Shown: positions 19,912 through 29,952, counted from the first letter of the stretch. The stretch is 64,000 nucleotides of DNA from Candidatus Poribacteria bacterium (GCA_965220065.1 OZ244804.1:4416915-4480914); one strand, 5' to 3'. Numbers and translations: made by a program. The notes: a model not told the origin generated them from the letters alone.

Positions 19912-20041
19912 TCGGTGTGCTCCTTTTTTATTCTTGTCGGCTCTCAGTTAATGGTTAAAGTTAGTTATCGGTTAAAGAGGAAGCTCTTGTAACCGATAAC
20001 TGATAACTGAAAGCCTGCGCAGCAGGCGAACCGACAACCAA

Positions 20042-21829
20042 TTAAAAGTCTAAGTCGGCTTCTTGAACAAATTTATCGACGAAGGTATCAAGTGCCATCG
20101 CACCGATGTCGCCTTCATCTCGGCTGCGGACACTGACTGTGCGGCTTTCCTGTTCACGTCCACCGATAATTAACATGTAGGGGACACGTTGTAAGCGGGC
20201 TTGGCGGATCTTCGCGCCAATCTTATCATCGCTATTGTCGAGTGTGACGCGACACCCTTTTTGCAACAGAAGTTGTTCGACCTCTCTGCCGTAATCAACG
20301 AAGCGTTGACTAATCGTCATCACAACGCACTGTACCGGTGAAAGCCATGTCGGAAATGCCCCGGCGTAATGCTCAATCAGCATCGCGATAAAACGTTCAA
20401 AACTCCCACAAATTGCACGATGGATAACCACCGGACGCTTCTCGGATCCATCTGGTGCGACGTAAATTAAATCAAATCGTTCTGGGAGTTGGAAGTCGAG
20501 TTGCACGGTGGCGCACTGAACGTCTCGATTGAGTGAATCCCGAACCTGAAAATCGAGTTTAGGACCGTAGAACGCGGCTTCGCCGGGATCGATGCTGTAC
20601 TCAATCTGATTATTTTTCAGGACATCTTCGAGTATCGTTTCGGCGCGATTCCAGACCTCTACATCACCCATAAACTTCTCAGGATTGCGTGTACTGAAAT
20701 CACATCGGAACGGCAGATCGAAAGTGCCATAGATGCGTTGGAAGAGTCCCAAGATACGCTCGTATTCATCGGCGATCTGATCTTCCGTGACAAAATTATG
20801 GGCATCGTCTTGGCACAGTTGGCGGACACGCGACAAGCCTGTCAACGTCCCCGTGGCTTCATTGCGATGCAACACCCCTTGGTCATGCAGGCGATAGGGT
20901 AGATCGCGATAACTGTGGCGCGCACTCTTATAGATTAACATGTGTGCGGGACAGTTCATCGGTTTCAAAGCGCTCGTCGGTTCGCCATCTTCATTTTCGA
21001 CGAGGAACATATCGTCTTTAAAATGTTCCCAATGCCCGGAGGTCTGCCAGAGACTGCTATCGTAGATGAGGGGTGTCCGCACCTCCTGATAGCCTTCACT
21101 GAGATAGAGTTTCCTTACCTTTTCGGAGAGGAGGTTATAGATGAGTGTGCCTTTGGGAAGCCAAAATGCACTGCCGGGGGATTCGGGATGCATCTGAAAG
21201 AGTTCCAACTCGCGTCCGAGTTTACGATGGTCGCGTTTGGCGGCTTCTTCGCGTTGTGTCAAGTATGCCTGAAGGTCGGCTTTGGTCTCCCATGCGGTGC
21301 CGTAAATTCGTTGCAACTGCTCACGGTTGCTATCACCGCGCCAATAGGCTCCTGAAACACGGAGCAGTTTGAAATATCGGCATTCGCTTGTTTTTTTAAC
21401 GTGTGGACCCTTGCAAAGGTCCGTGAAATCACCGTTGTGGTAGATGGAAACGCCTTCTTCATCGACACCCTCATCGGTCGCACTGACTTCACGATCCGAA
21501 ATCCCATCGATTAATTCGAGTTTGAATTTCTGATCTCGTTCGCCGAACCATGTACGAGCATCGTCGTAGGACCATGTCTCTTGCTCGAAAGGCACATTGG
21601 ATTTTATCATCGCCTTCATGTGCTTTTCGATTTCAGGGAAATCTTCGGGTGTAATCGGGCGTGGCACCTCCATATCGTAATAGAACTCGTTCTCAATCGG
21701 CGGTCCGATTGCGAGTCTAACGGTACGTTCGCCATCTGGGAATAGTTGTTGTACAGCATACGCCATGATATGCGCGGTTGAATGACGTAGGCGTTGTAAG
21801 TAATCTTCAGGTTGATTGGGTTCACGCAT
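20042..21829 (-). CDS. thrS: Threonine--tRNA ligase lacking the N-terminal TGS (N1) domain.
   Basis: It has the class II core motifs, the RHSTAHI zinc/editing-domain signature and an anticodon-binding C-terminus. The protein begins at the N2 editing domain and is 595 aa, compared with about 640 aa for typical enzymes. Confidence 0.9.
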   Translation of the reverse strand: MREPNQPEDYLQRLRHSTAHIMAYAVQQLFPDGERTVRLAIGPPIENEFYYDMEVPRPITPEDFPEIEKHMKAMIKSNVPFEQETWSYDDARTWFGERDQKFKLELIDGISDREVSATDEGVDEEGVSIYHNGDFTDLCKGPHVKKTSECRYFKLLRVSGAYWRGDSNREQLQRIYGTAWETKADLQAYLTQREEAAKRDHRKLGRELELFQMHPESPGSAFWLPKGTLIYNLLSEKVRKLYLSEGYQEVRTPLIYDSSLWQTSGHWEHFKDDMFLVENEDGEPTSALKPMNCPAHMLIYKSARHSYRDLPYRLHDQGVLHRNEATGTLTGLSRVRQLCQDDAHNFVTEDQIADEYERILGLFQRIYGTFDLPFRCDFSTRNPEKFMGDVEVWNRAETILEDVLKNNQIEYSIDPGEAAFYGPKLDFQVRDSLNRDVQCATVQLDFQLPERFDLIYVAPDGSEKRPVVIHRAICGSFERFIAMLIEHYAGAFPTWLSPVQCVVMTISQRFVDYGREVEQLLLQKGCRVTLDNSDDKIGAKIRQARLQRVPYMLIIGGREQESRTVSVRSRDEGDIGAMALDTFVDKFVQEADLDF

Positions 21830-22047
21830 TGCGGTTCACTCTCTATATGTCAATTCGTATAGGTTTCAAAATTGTTCTTAATAGACTTAACGTCTTTCTT
21901 ACGACACTGTTTACGAAATAATTCTACACGATTTAAACAGGGAATGCCAATAAAAAACGTGAGGATGGAAGTGTTTTGTGCTTGGAAAATATTATTTGGA
22001 GAAGATAATCCAAGTTTGAATGAGTTGGAGTAATAGTTTTGGGAGAA

Positions 22048-22121
22048 TGGGCGATGCTGGACTTGAACCAGCGACCTCTTGCATGTCAAGCAAACGCTCT
22101 AGCCACCTGAGCTAATCGCCC
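22048..22121 (-). tRNA. tRNA-Val (anticodon GAC).
   Basis: I folded the cloverleaf manually. The acceptor is GGGCGAT/ATCGCCC, the D-arm is GCTC...GAGC, the anticodon loop is TTGACAT and the T-loop is TTCAAGT. Confidence 0.85.
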
Positions 22122-22135
22122 ATCGGAGAAAAGAA

Positions 22136-22210
22136 TGGAGGTGGCGGTCGGAATCGAACCGACGAATAAGAGTTTTGCAGACTCTGGCCTTACCACTTGG
22201 CTACGCCACC
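22136..22210 (-). tRNA. tRNA-Cys (anticodon GCA), with encoded CCA.
   Basis: The acceptor is GGTGGCG/CGCCACC, the anticodon loop is CTGCAAA, the T-arm is GTCGG-TTCGATT-CCGAC and the discriminator is U. Confidence 0.85.
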
Positions 22211-22218
22211 ATAGAAGA

Positions 22219-22293
22219 TGGAGCGGGAGACGAGATTTGAACTCGCGACCTCCACCTTGGCAAGGTGGAGCTCTACCACTGAGCTACTCCCGC
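22219..22293 (-). tRNA. tRNA-Gly (anticodon GCC), with encoded CCA.
   Basis: The acceptor is GCGGGAG/CTCCCGC, the anticodon stem-loop is CCACC-TTGCCAA-GGTGG and the T-loop is TTCAAAT. Confidence 0.85.
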
Positions 22294-22479
22294 ATCATTT
22301 TGACAATTCTCACAGAAGAGATTGCACTTCTCAAAAACATATATAGTTTAATATATTTGCCTTTGAATGTCAAGTTAATTTTCGATTAAAATAGCAAAAA
22401 TGTGGATTCTTGTCAAAAAATTTTTGACAGCACTGAGACATCCCGCGGCTTCCGTTAAGTTTCACACCGCTCAACTTGT

Positions 22480-22893
22480 TCAGAGTTGCTCTTCGATCCA
22501 ATCATCTCCATGTGCGGGATTGTAGATGAGTCCCCTTTTCATATCGACGCAAAGATCCAGTTCTTCCAGTACCATGTGTCCAATGAGTACGGGTGAACCT
22601 TCTGGGAGATTGGTTACCCGGATGGCACTGCTTCGGTCTAAAAGGGTATATTCGACCTCGGAATAGGCGGTGCGCTCTACGATGCCGGCAGCGGTTCGGG
22701 CAGCCCTCACGCTGACAGGTGTGAGACCGAGGTGTTCAATGAGTGATGTGGGCATACAGAGACGCGTCGCACCAGTGTCGACGAGTGCATCTTCAACGGT
22801 GAGCCTCCTCACGTCTTCAGGGTTCATAGCACCCGTTTGCACCAAAAACAGATCTCTGAGATTTGCGAGTTTGATTTCAGCTGTGTGTCTCAT
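22480..22893 (-). CDS. Retropepsin-like (clan AA) aspartic peptidase domain protein.
   Basis: It has the DTGAT active-site motif (ALVDTGATRLCMP) in a ~137-aa single-domain protein typical of bacterial retropepsin-like proteins. Confidence 0.65.
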   Translation of the reverse strand: MRHTAEIKLANLRDLFLVQTGAMNPEDVRRLTVEDALVDTGATRLCMPTSLIEHLGLTPVSVRAARTAAGIVERTAYSEVEYTLLDRSSAIRVTNLPEGSPVLIGHMVLEELDLCVDMKRGLIYNPAHGDDWIEEQL

Positions 22894-22914
22894 TTTTTTC
22901 TTCTTCTTGTAACC

Positions 22915-24120
22915 TTATGTCCGGTAATCCGCATTAATCCGAATATAATCGTAGGAATAATCGCAAGTCCACATCGTTATCTCTGTGTCACCCGCACGGA
23001 GGTCAATCGTGATACGCACCGGATCTTGTGCGAACAGCGCGGTGGCTTTGTCTTCATCGTAGCCAGCGTCCATCCCGTTTTTGACGAGTCGATAATCCGC
23101 AAGCCAGACATCCACCTGATACGGATCGAATTCGGCATCCGATTTTCCGATTGCCATCATAATCCGTCCCCAGTTTGCATCGTTGGCGAAAACGGCGGTT
23201 TTGACGAGCGGTGATTCCGCAACGGCACGCGCCGCTTTTTCGGCATCGTCCCGATTTTTGGCATGTTTTACTATCACCTCGACGAGTTTCGTCGCACCCT
23301 CACCATCACGGGCGAGCATCTTCACCAATTCCGTGCAAACGAACTGCAATCCCTCACAAAAAGCGTCGTAATCTTCCCCGTCTGCGGCAACAATCTCGGT
23401 GTTGTCGGCATGACCGGTCGCGAGGATCAACACTGTATCGTTTGTGCTGCGATCGGTGTCAACCGTCAAAAGGTTATAGGTGTCGTCTACGACACGGTTT
23501 AGAGCGGTTTGGAGCGTCTCGGGGTTGATTCGAGCATCCGTGGTCAGATAGGAGAGCATCGTCGCCATATTCGGTGCGATCATCCCCGAACCTTTCGCAA
23601 TCCCGCCGATCCTCACGGGTGTCCCGTCGATTTCGATCTCTGCAGCGACAGATTTTGGGTGTGTATCCGTTGTCATAATCGCTTCGGCGGCATCGGCACC
23701 GCCTTCATTGCTAAGTGCGCTTGCGGCGGATTGGATCCCGTATTCGATTTTGTCCATCGGCAATTGCTGTCCAATAACACCAGTAGAGGAGACGAGGACG
23801 AGGTTTGCATCTATACCGAGCTGTTCGGCTGTTGCGGTAGCCATCTGTCGTGCGTTTGCCATGCCGATCTCGCCGGTGCATGCGTTGGCGTTTCCGCTAT
23901 TGACAATAACGGCTTGTGCGTATCCGTCGCTGAGATGCTCGCGGCATACAAGAACGGGTGCGGCGGTAACGCTGTTTTTTGTGAAGACTCCAGCGGCAGT
24001 CGCCGGGGAATCGGTAACGATGAGTGCCACGTCCTTCGCGTCTGGGGCTTTAATGCCTGCGTGGAGACCTGCTGCGCGGATACCGGCGACCGCGGTGATT
24101 CCTCCATCTATCTGTATCAT
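22915..24120 (-). CDS. argJ: Bifunctional glutamate N-acetyltransferase / amino-acid acetyltransferase ArgJ (ornithine acetyltransferase).
   Basis: The ...GIAKGSGMIAPNMATMLSYLTTDA... autoproteolysis/active-site region is present (ATML threonine). The start was moved to the internal ATG at 24120 (MIQIDGG...), which has a GGAG Shine-Dalgarno 7 nt upstream. The ORF-track start at 24231 would add 37 unconserved residues. Confidence 0.85.
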   Translation of the reverse strand: MIQIDGGITAVAGIRAAGLHAGIKAPDAKDVALIVTDSPATAAGVFTKNSVTAAPVLVCREHLSDGYAQAVIVNSGNANACTGEIGMANARQMATATAEQLGIDANLVLVSSTGVIGQQLPMDKIEYGIQSAASALSNEGGADAAEAIMTTDTHPKSVAAEIEIDGTPVRIGGIAKGSGMIAPNMATMLSYLTTDARINPETLQTALNRVVDDTYNLLTVDTDRSTNDTVLILATGHADNTEIVAADGEDYDAFCEGLQFVCTELVKMLARDGEGATKLVEVIVKHAKNRDDAEKAARAVAESPLVKTAVFANDANWGRIMMAIGKSDAEFDPYQVDVWLADYRLVKNGMDAGYDEDKATALFAQDPVRITIDLRAGDTEITMWTCDYSYDYIRINADYRT

Positions 24121-24424
24121 GAAACGCTCCTCGAGAAATAATGTAAACGCCAGTTTGATAAAAGTGGGATGTCGGGTTTCACTACCGCTACTTAGGCGAG
24201 AAGTGTCTTGAAAAACGCTGTATTTGTTCAACGCGTCCAGTTTTTCGTGTGTATTTACCGCTCTACCCGACCTACAGATTTATTTTCAAGCTCACGTTAA
24301 TGTAAAGAAAATATTATACTACGTCTTGAAGGGAATGTCAAAAGGTAAAATTAAGAAGCAAATAAAATGAAAATATGATATAATTTTTTTCAAAATCTAT
24401 ATCTGAGTTACGAGGTGAAAAAAG

Positions 24425-25771
24425 ATGCACACCATTTTAGAACGCTACCAAAAGACTTTCGCAAAAGATCGAGAGATGTCCGATGCCGCAAATCATCTCT
24501 TTCCAGATGGCGTAACGCACGATGGACGCTATATGTCCCCCTTTCCGGTTTATATCACGCGTGCCGATGGCTCGAAGAAATGGGGACTTGACGACAAGCA
24601 ATTTATTGACTATTGGGCGGGACACGGTGCCCTACTCCTCGGGCATAATCCCCCAGAGGTTGTCGAAGCGGTGACAGAACAGATGCATCGAGGAACGCAC
24701 TACGGCGCGTGCCATCCGTTGGAGATGGAATGGGGTTCGCTCGTGACGCAATTGATACCCTCAGCGGAACGCGTCCGATTCGTCAGTTCCGGGACAGAGG
24801 CGACACTGATGGCGATCCGGCTTGCACGCACGTATACGGGTAAGAATAAGGTGCTGAAATTTGCCGGACATTTCCACGGTTGGCATGACAGCGTCATCTT
24901 AGGCGCGTACCCGCCTTTTGATATGAACGTTCCTGGTATTCCTCAGGAGGTGCGTGAGACAACCCTGTTATGCCCACCGAACGACATTGATGCCGTTGAA
25001 ACACTCTTGAAAACGGACAAAGACATCGCTTGTATTATCCTCGAACCGACAGGCGCATCCTTCGGTATTGTCCCTACGAACGGTACTTTTTTAAAGCAAC
25101 TCCGTGAGTTGACGGAGGCACATGGGGTCCTGCTGATTTTCGACGAAGTTATCACAGGATTCCGGGTCTCACCCGGCGGTGCCCAAGCGCATTACAACGT
25201 CACACCAGATATGACGACGCTGGCGAAGATTTTGGCGGGTGGACTTCCCGGTGGGGCGCTTGCCGGCAAAACGGAGGTGCTTGAACTCATTTCCATGAAA
25301 TCGGAACGCGATGGCTTAAAAATGCCGCATCCTGGTACCTTTAATGCGAATCCACTCTCTGCCGCTGCAGGCATCGCGATGCTCAACATCGTCAAGACAG
25401 GCGAACCTCACAAGCGAGCACATCGAACTGCAGATCGACTTCGCACCGAACTGAACAGCATCATTGATGACTATGAGCTGGACTGGGTCGTTTACGGCGA
25501 GTTTTCAGGGCTTAGATTGCTCGTCGGACACGGTGAAAAGGGGATGCGGACTTCGGATTTCGATCCATACACATGGGATTACCGGAAACTGAAAGGGAGT
25601 AACGATGCCGACATGCTGATGCGTCTCCGGTGCGGTCTACTGCTCAACGGGATCGATCTCGCCAGTAATGGTGGGATGACAACCGCCGCGCACACAGAAG
25701 AAGATATTACAGAGACAGTTGCGGCATTTGAACAGACGCTTGAATGGCTAAAGGCGGAGAAAGCATTGTAA
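24425..25771 (+). CDS. Class III (GSA-like) PLP-dependent aminotransferase.
   Basis: It is similar to glutamate-1-semialdehyde aminomutase / acetylornithine aminotransferase-type enzymes (...VSSGTEATLMAIRLARTYTGKNKVLKF...IFDEVITGFR...). A GAGGTG Shine-Dalgarno is present. Confidence 0.75.
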   Translation: MHTILERYQKTFAKDREMSDAANHLFPDGVTHDGRYMSPFPVYITRADGSKKWGLDDKQFIDYWAGHGALLLGHNPPEVVEAVTEQMHRGTHYGACHPLEMEWGSLVTQLIPSAERVRFVSSGTEATLMAIRLARTYTGKNKVLKFAGHFHGWHDSVILGAYPPFDMNVPGIPQEVRETTLLCPPNDIDAVETLLKTDKDIACIILEPTGASFGIVPTNGTFLKQLRELTEAHGVLLIFDEVITGFRVSPGGAQAHYNVTPDMTTLAKILAGGLPGGALAGKTEVLELISMKSERDGLKMPHPGTFNANPLSAAAGIAMLNIVKTGEPHKRAHRTADRLRTELNSIIDDYELDWVVYGEFSGLRLLVGHGEKGMRTSDFDPYTWDYRKLKGSNDADMLMRLRCGLLLNGIDLASNGGMTTAAHTEEDITETVAAFEQTLEWLKAEKAL

Positions 25772-25899
25772 TTTTTGAACGTGCGATAAATCGCACTACT
25801 ACGAGCAGTCTCGTTGTAGTAGGGAGACCATGTGCAAATCGCGTGTGGACTTGCGGGACAATGCCCGTCGATTACCACATTTTACACAGAGGAGAATGA

Positions 25900-26883
25900 A
25901 TGAGAACGATTACGTATCGCGACGCGCTCAAGGAAGCACTCGTAGAGGAAATGGAACGCGATGATGCCGTCTTTTTGATGGGCGAGGATATCGCTGAATA
26001 CGGTGGTGCCTATAAAGTCACGGACGGACTGTTCCAAGAATTCGGGAAAGACCGAATCCGAAACACGCCGATCTCGGAAGCCGCTATCATCGGGACCGCG
26101 CTCGGCGCGGCAGTCACAGGCATGCGTCCCGTTGCGGAGTTGATGTACATCGACTTCACAGCCGTAGGCATGGACCAAATCGTGAACCAAGTCGCCAAGA
26201 TCCGTTATATGGTGGGTGGACAGTTGGATGTGCCACTCGTGATTCGGACGCAGGGCGGTGCGGGTCGATCCTCTGCGGCGCAACACGCACAGAGTCTTGA
26301 AGCATGGTTTGTGCATATCCCTGGGCTACTCGTCGTGATGCCCTCTACACCCTATGATGCGAAAGGCTTGCTGAAAACAGCCATCCGGGACGACAACCCG
26401 ATTATGTTTATTGAGCACAAACTTCTCTACACAGAGGAGGGAGAGATCCCTGAGGCAGAATATACCATTCCGTTGGGTGTGGCGGATGTTAAACGTGAGG
26501 GTGAAGACATTACGATTCTCGCGACATCGCGGATGGTCTTGAACGCGCTTATCGCCGCGGACACGCTTGCGGCTGAAGGTATCTCTGCTGAAATCATTGA
26601 TCCACGGACGTTGATGCCGCTCGACAAAGATAGTATTCTCGACTCTGTAAAGAAGACGAATCGGTTGCTGATCGCGCACGAAGCGGTCGGTAGGGCGGGG
26701 TTCGGGGCAGAAATCGCCGCATTGGTCGTCCGGGAGGCGTTTGACTATCTCGATGCCCCGATTGAGCGGGTCGCTGCGATACCGGTACCCGTTCCCTTCG
26801 CGCCGGTGATGGAAAATTTCGTTATCCCGAATGCAGAGCAGATCGCGGATGCCGCACGAAAACTTGTCCGATATGAAATCTAA
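25900..26883 (+). CDS. 2-oxoacid dehydrogenase E1 component beta subunit (transketolase-like pyrimidine-binding + C-terminal domain).
   Basis: The sequence FLMGEDIAEYGGAYKVTDGLFQEFG...NTPISEAAIIGTALGAAVTGMRPVAE is classical PdhB/AcoB/BkdA2. No alpha subunit gene is adjacent. Confidence 0.8.
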   Translation: MRTITYRDALKEALVEEMERDDAVFLMGEDIAEYGGAYKVTDGLFQEFGKDRIRNTPISEAAIIGTALGAAVTGMRPVAELMYIDFTAVGMDQIVNQVAKIRYMVGGQLDVPLVIRTQGGAGRSSAAQHAQSLEAWFVHIPGLLVVMPSTPYDAKGLLKTAIRDDNPIMFIEHKLLYTEEGEIPEAEYTIPLGVADVKREGEDITILATSRMVLNALIAADTLAAEGISAEIIDPRTLMPLDKDSILDSVKKTNRLLIAHEAVGRAGFGAEIAALVVREAFDYLDAPIERVAAIPVPVPFAPVMENFVIPNAEQIADAARKLVRYEI

Positions 26884-26943
26884 GCAATAGACCTCTGGCA
26901 CGCTTGTATAGTGTGCCAGCAAACGGCGGGATTCAGGTAAGAT

Positions 26944-28176
26944 TTAGGTCTCCTCTGTTTTCACCAACTTCTGGTACATCCGCGCCAAACCGAAAGCGAT
27001 GGGTCCCCACAACACCGCTACCACCATCGCCGTGATGGAATAGGCAACACCCGCAATTGTCCCAACGCCTAATCTCACCAATTCAATCACACCTGCGCTC
27101 CCACCTTTCGAGAAGCGGTATCCAAACGAATCAATAACCTGTTTCGCGCGATAGCGAGAATCGTAAGAGAGCGGCATATAGAACAATTCCTTTCCCGCCC
27201 GAAAAAGTGAGTAGTCTAAGGCTTTAAAAATCACATACGCCGCTGTTCCGGTTCGGAGTGAGGGAGAAACCGTTAATATAAGACTACTGACGAAGTGGAC
27301 TATCGGGATAGTGAGATGGATATACCGGAGCGCGATGAATCTGAGTGCGAGGGGTACAGCTACCAGTTGCAAAATACCCGCCGCCAGTCCGAGGTTCCCA
27401 TAGACCGAACCGAAAAATGCAGTCCGCATATCCGTGTCAGGTCTCTCCATTTCAGCCAACATATTGAACCGCAGATCCAGCACGGTGGACACTATCTGCG
27501 TGCTTATGATTAGCACCCCGATAAAAATCAGGTATCTGGAACGAAAGAGTGTTTTTATGCCGATGTGTCCGAGTCTACCCCCCGCCTCTTCTGCGCTGGG
27601 TTTAGGTTCTCCGCCAAACTTGTAGGCAATTACTCCGAGAATCGCCGTTGGGACGAGAGATCCTGCTGTGAACAGCAATAATGCTTCAGTGCCTAATACA
27701 GGTGCCAATTTGCTCACAAGTGTGCCACCGAGAAACGAACCCATAGACGCTACGGCACAGAAAGGTCCGTTAATACGCTTCGCCTGTTCAGTTGTCAGCA
27801 CGCTGTTCACAAACGACCAGAACTGTTCAATGACGATCACGATGTATGCTTCGCGGAATACGTAGATGATCGCCGCTGCGAGATTCATACCGCGAGACAG
27901 CGCAATATAACAACCAAGAATTAAGATGGCAGAAAAAAGCGAAGTTATCACCAAAGCACGAGTTGCCCCCTGCCACGAGAGCAGACGACCGTAGCAGTAT
28001 AGCATCACGATCATACTCGGTGGTACCGCCACCATACCGCGCGGGAGATTCTCAGCACCATACGCTTCAATAAACAGAGACGAGGACACGGAACGGATAA
28101 ATTCGTAACCGAATAGCACAAAAAGGGCGGCACTACTGATTGAAATCGCCGCGAAGATAAGTCGTCGTGAAAACAT
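26944..28176 (-). CDS. TLC (ATP:ADP antiporter / nucleotide transporter family)-like multi-pass membrane transporter.
   Basis: It has about 11-12 predicted helices. The motif AGKELFYMPLSYDSRYRAKQVIDSFGYRFSKGGSAGV resembles the conserved K-E-x-L-Y-x-P...K-A-x-I-D...R-x-G-K-x-G signature of PF03219 proteins. It is shorter than canonical NTTs at 410 aa. Confidence 0.5.
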   Translation of the reverse strand: MFSRRLIFAAISISSAALFVLFGYEFIRSVSSSLFIEAYGAENLPRGMVAVPPSMIVMLYCYGRLLSWQGATRALVITSLFSAILILGCYIALSRGMNLAAAIIYVFREAYIVIVIEQFWSFVNSVLTTEQAKRINGPFCAVASMGSFLGGTLVSKLAPVLGTEALLLFTAGSLVPTAILGVIAYKFGGEPKPSAEEAGGRLGHIGIKTLFRSRYLIFIGVLIISTQIVSTVLDLRFNMLAEMERPDTDMRTAFFGSVYGNLGLAAGILQLVAVPLALRFIALRYIHLTIPIVHFVSSLILTVSPSLRTGTAAYVIFKALDYSLFRAGKELFYMPLSYDSRYRAKQVIDSFGYRFSKGGSAGVIELVRLGVGTIAGVAYSITAMVVAVLWGPIAFGLARMYQKLVKTEET

Positions 28177-28202
28177 AGGTAGGATTGCCCCTCAAAAAAT
28201 TT

Positions 28203-29030
28203 TTATCGTTCTGGAATGCTATCCTCAGCTGGACGGAGGTTATGCACCCAGTGTCCACTCGGATCGCTGCCTCTGGCGACAATTGCACGTCGGTTCCAGT
28301 CGTTTGCGGCGCGGACTTCAGGCGGCACGAACCGCATCGTCAACCCACAACGCCGTCGATCTGAGGTGTTCGGTTCAGAACCGTGCAATAGCAGATCCGA
28401 ATGCAGCGACATCTGCCCGGCTTTCATCTCGAATGGGAACGGTGCGTCCCCGTATTGCGTAGCCCCATGCACCGTCTGACCCAGCACATTCTTTTCCTCG
28501 GCAGTGCTCGGCTCAAATGCGATTTGCCCGTGCAGGTGCGATTTGGGGATAACGGTCATTGCACCATTTTCGACCGCCGCATCGTCAATCGCGAGCCATA
28601 CGGTAACCGTCTTGCTCGGAGAGAGGGGCCAATAGGAAGCATCCTGATGCCAACTCACCTGTTTCACATCGCCTGGTAATTTGCAAAAGTAGTGCGTTCC
28701 CCAACAGATGAGCGTTTCACCGAGTAGGTCTTGCACGTAATCGAGAATTCTGCCTTCAGTAATCAGATCATGGATACCCGGACAGGTAGTATGCCATCCG
28801 TTAATGGAGTAGCTATTCATCCCTGCTGCGAATGCTTTCTCCATGAGCTGATCGAAATAGGCGCGGTGTTCCACCATCTCCGATTCGGAAAAGACATCCA
28901 AAGGTGAGATAAAACCTCTCTCATTAAAGTGGTCAATTTGGGCATGCGTTAGGGTTGATGGATTTTCGTTTTCAACCGGAAAAAACTGAAGTGTTCGATT
29001 GAGTTCCGGCATTGCATCCGTAATTGGCAT
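28203..29030 (-). CDS. Phytanoyl-CoA dioxygenase (PhyH) family Fe(II)/2-oxoglutarate-dependent oxygenase.
   Basis: The HxD...H facial triad context (WHQDASYWPL...; ...HSDLLLHGSEPNTSDRRR) is present in a 275-aa protein. Confidence 0.75.
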   Translation of the reverse strand: MPITDAMPELNRTLQFFPVENENPSTLTHAQIDHFNERGFISPLDVFSESEMVEHRAYFDQLMEKAFAAGMNSYSINGWHTTCPGIHDLITEGRILDYVQDLLGETLICWGTHYFCKLPGDVKQVSWHQDASYWPLSPSKTVTVWLAIDDAAVENGAMTVIPKSHLHGQIAFEPSTAEEKNVLGQTVHGATQYGDAPFPFEMKAGQMSLHSDLLLHGSEPNTSDRRRCGLTMRFVPPEVRAANDWNRRAIVARGSDPSGHWVHNLRPAEDSIPER

Positions 29031-29082
29031 CGGCGTGTCCTCTTTTCTCCACGTAGGTTAGAAGTTTATTGTTTCCTGTTCG

Positions 29083-29751
29083 CTACTGACTCCGAACATC
29101 TGCTTTCAACTGTCCCCAGCGAGTGGCGAGTTTGCCATTCGGTTCGACAGCGAAGGCGGGGATCTCCTCTCCGTCGATAATCAGATTGTCGTAATGGGCG
29201 TTTGCCTCGTATGTAATGAAACCGATACGTCCGCTGTCACGAAATTTCGCATCATCGTCACCCTCGAACAGGAGTTCATCATCGACAAAGCATTCGTAAT
29301 TCTGTCCCTCTGAGATGACCTTAAGACGATAGGTTTCGCCGACTTCCGGTTCAAGGGGTAGAGGGGTAGCGATGTGATCCCATTGATTCTCTCTCCATCG
29401 GGAGAATTGGCATTTGTGCTGATCTGTACGAATCCAGAATCGCATGCCGTTGTCTCCCTCCGCGTCAGCACGGATTAACAAACCCGCGGCATTCACCCCC
29501 ACGTCTTTCACCAGTGTCAGGTCCACCTCAATAGTGTAATCCGTCCAATCTTCATCACCGAACATCGTCTTGGCGTACTGTCCGCCAGAGGTCTCGGCAT
29601 AGGCATCCTTCACAATCTTCCACTCGCCACTGACATCGTTCCAGCCATCGGGCAATCCTTTATCGAAATTTTCCTGCCATACCCCTGCCGAAGCAATAGA
29701 TGTTAGTGTGGTGACCATGAGTATGACAGATACAATATATGAATAGCGCAT
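29083..29751 (-). CDS. Secreted DUF1080 (LamG-like jelly-roll, 3-keto-disaccharide hydrolase-like) domain protein.
   Basis: A signal peptide precedes the W...G.W motif; the region YTIEVDLTLV...AGLLIRA...GYEANAHYDNLIIDG is typical of PF06439. Confidence 0.65.
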   Translation of the reverse strand: MRYSYIVSVILMVTTLTSIASAGVWQENFDKGLPDGWNDVSGEWKIVKDAYAETSGGQYAKTMFGDEDWTDYTIEVDLTLVKDVGVNAAGLLIRADAEGDNGMRFWIRTDQHKCQFSRWRENQWDHIATPLPLEPEVGETYRLKVISEGQNYECFVDDELLFEGDDDAKFRDSGRIGFITYEANAHYDNLIIDGEEIPAFAVEPNGKLATRWGQLKADVRSQ

Positions 29752-29952
29752 CGGTTCCTCCAGTCTATCGGATCATCATCCTACAAATCCTGACTCAGAC
29801 AACTAAACACAACTGCCGATAATTATATTTATATTGCTTGGTAAGTCAAGTTAAACCTGCTGATAAACACAGATATGCGGGATTTGGGAGTTTACTGACT
29901 GCTGACCGCTGATTGCTGACGGCTAAAAGGTTTTACCCCGTTTCCCCGAAAA

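Noticed and set aside
22135-22389. An 84-aa + strand ORF
   Set aside because: It lies entirely antisense to the tRNA-Cys and tRNA-Gly genes, so it is an artefact of the stable tRNA sequences.
23509-24211. 210-aa and 167-aa + strand ORFs
   Set aside because: They are antisense to argJ, which has clear conserved motifs. They are high-GC shadow ORFs.
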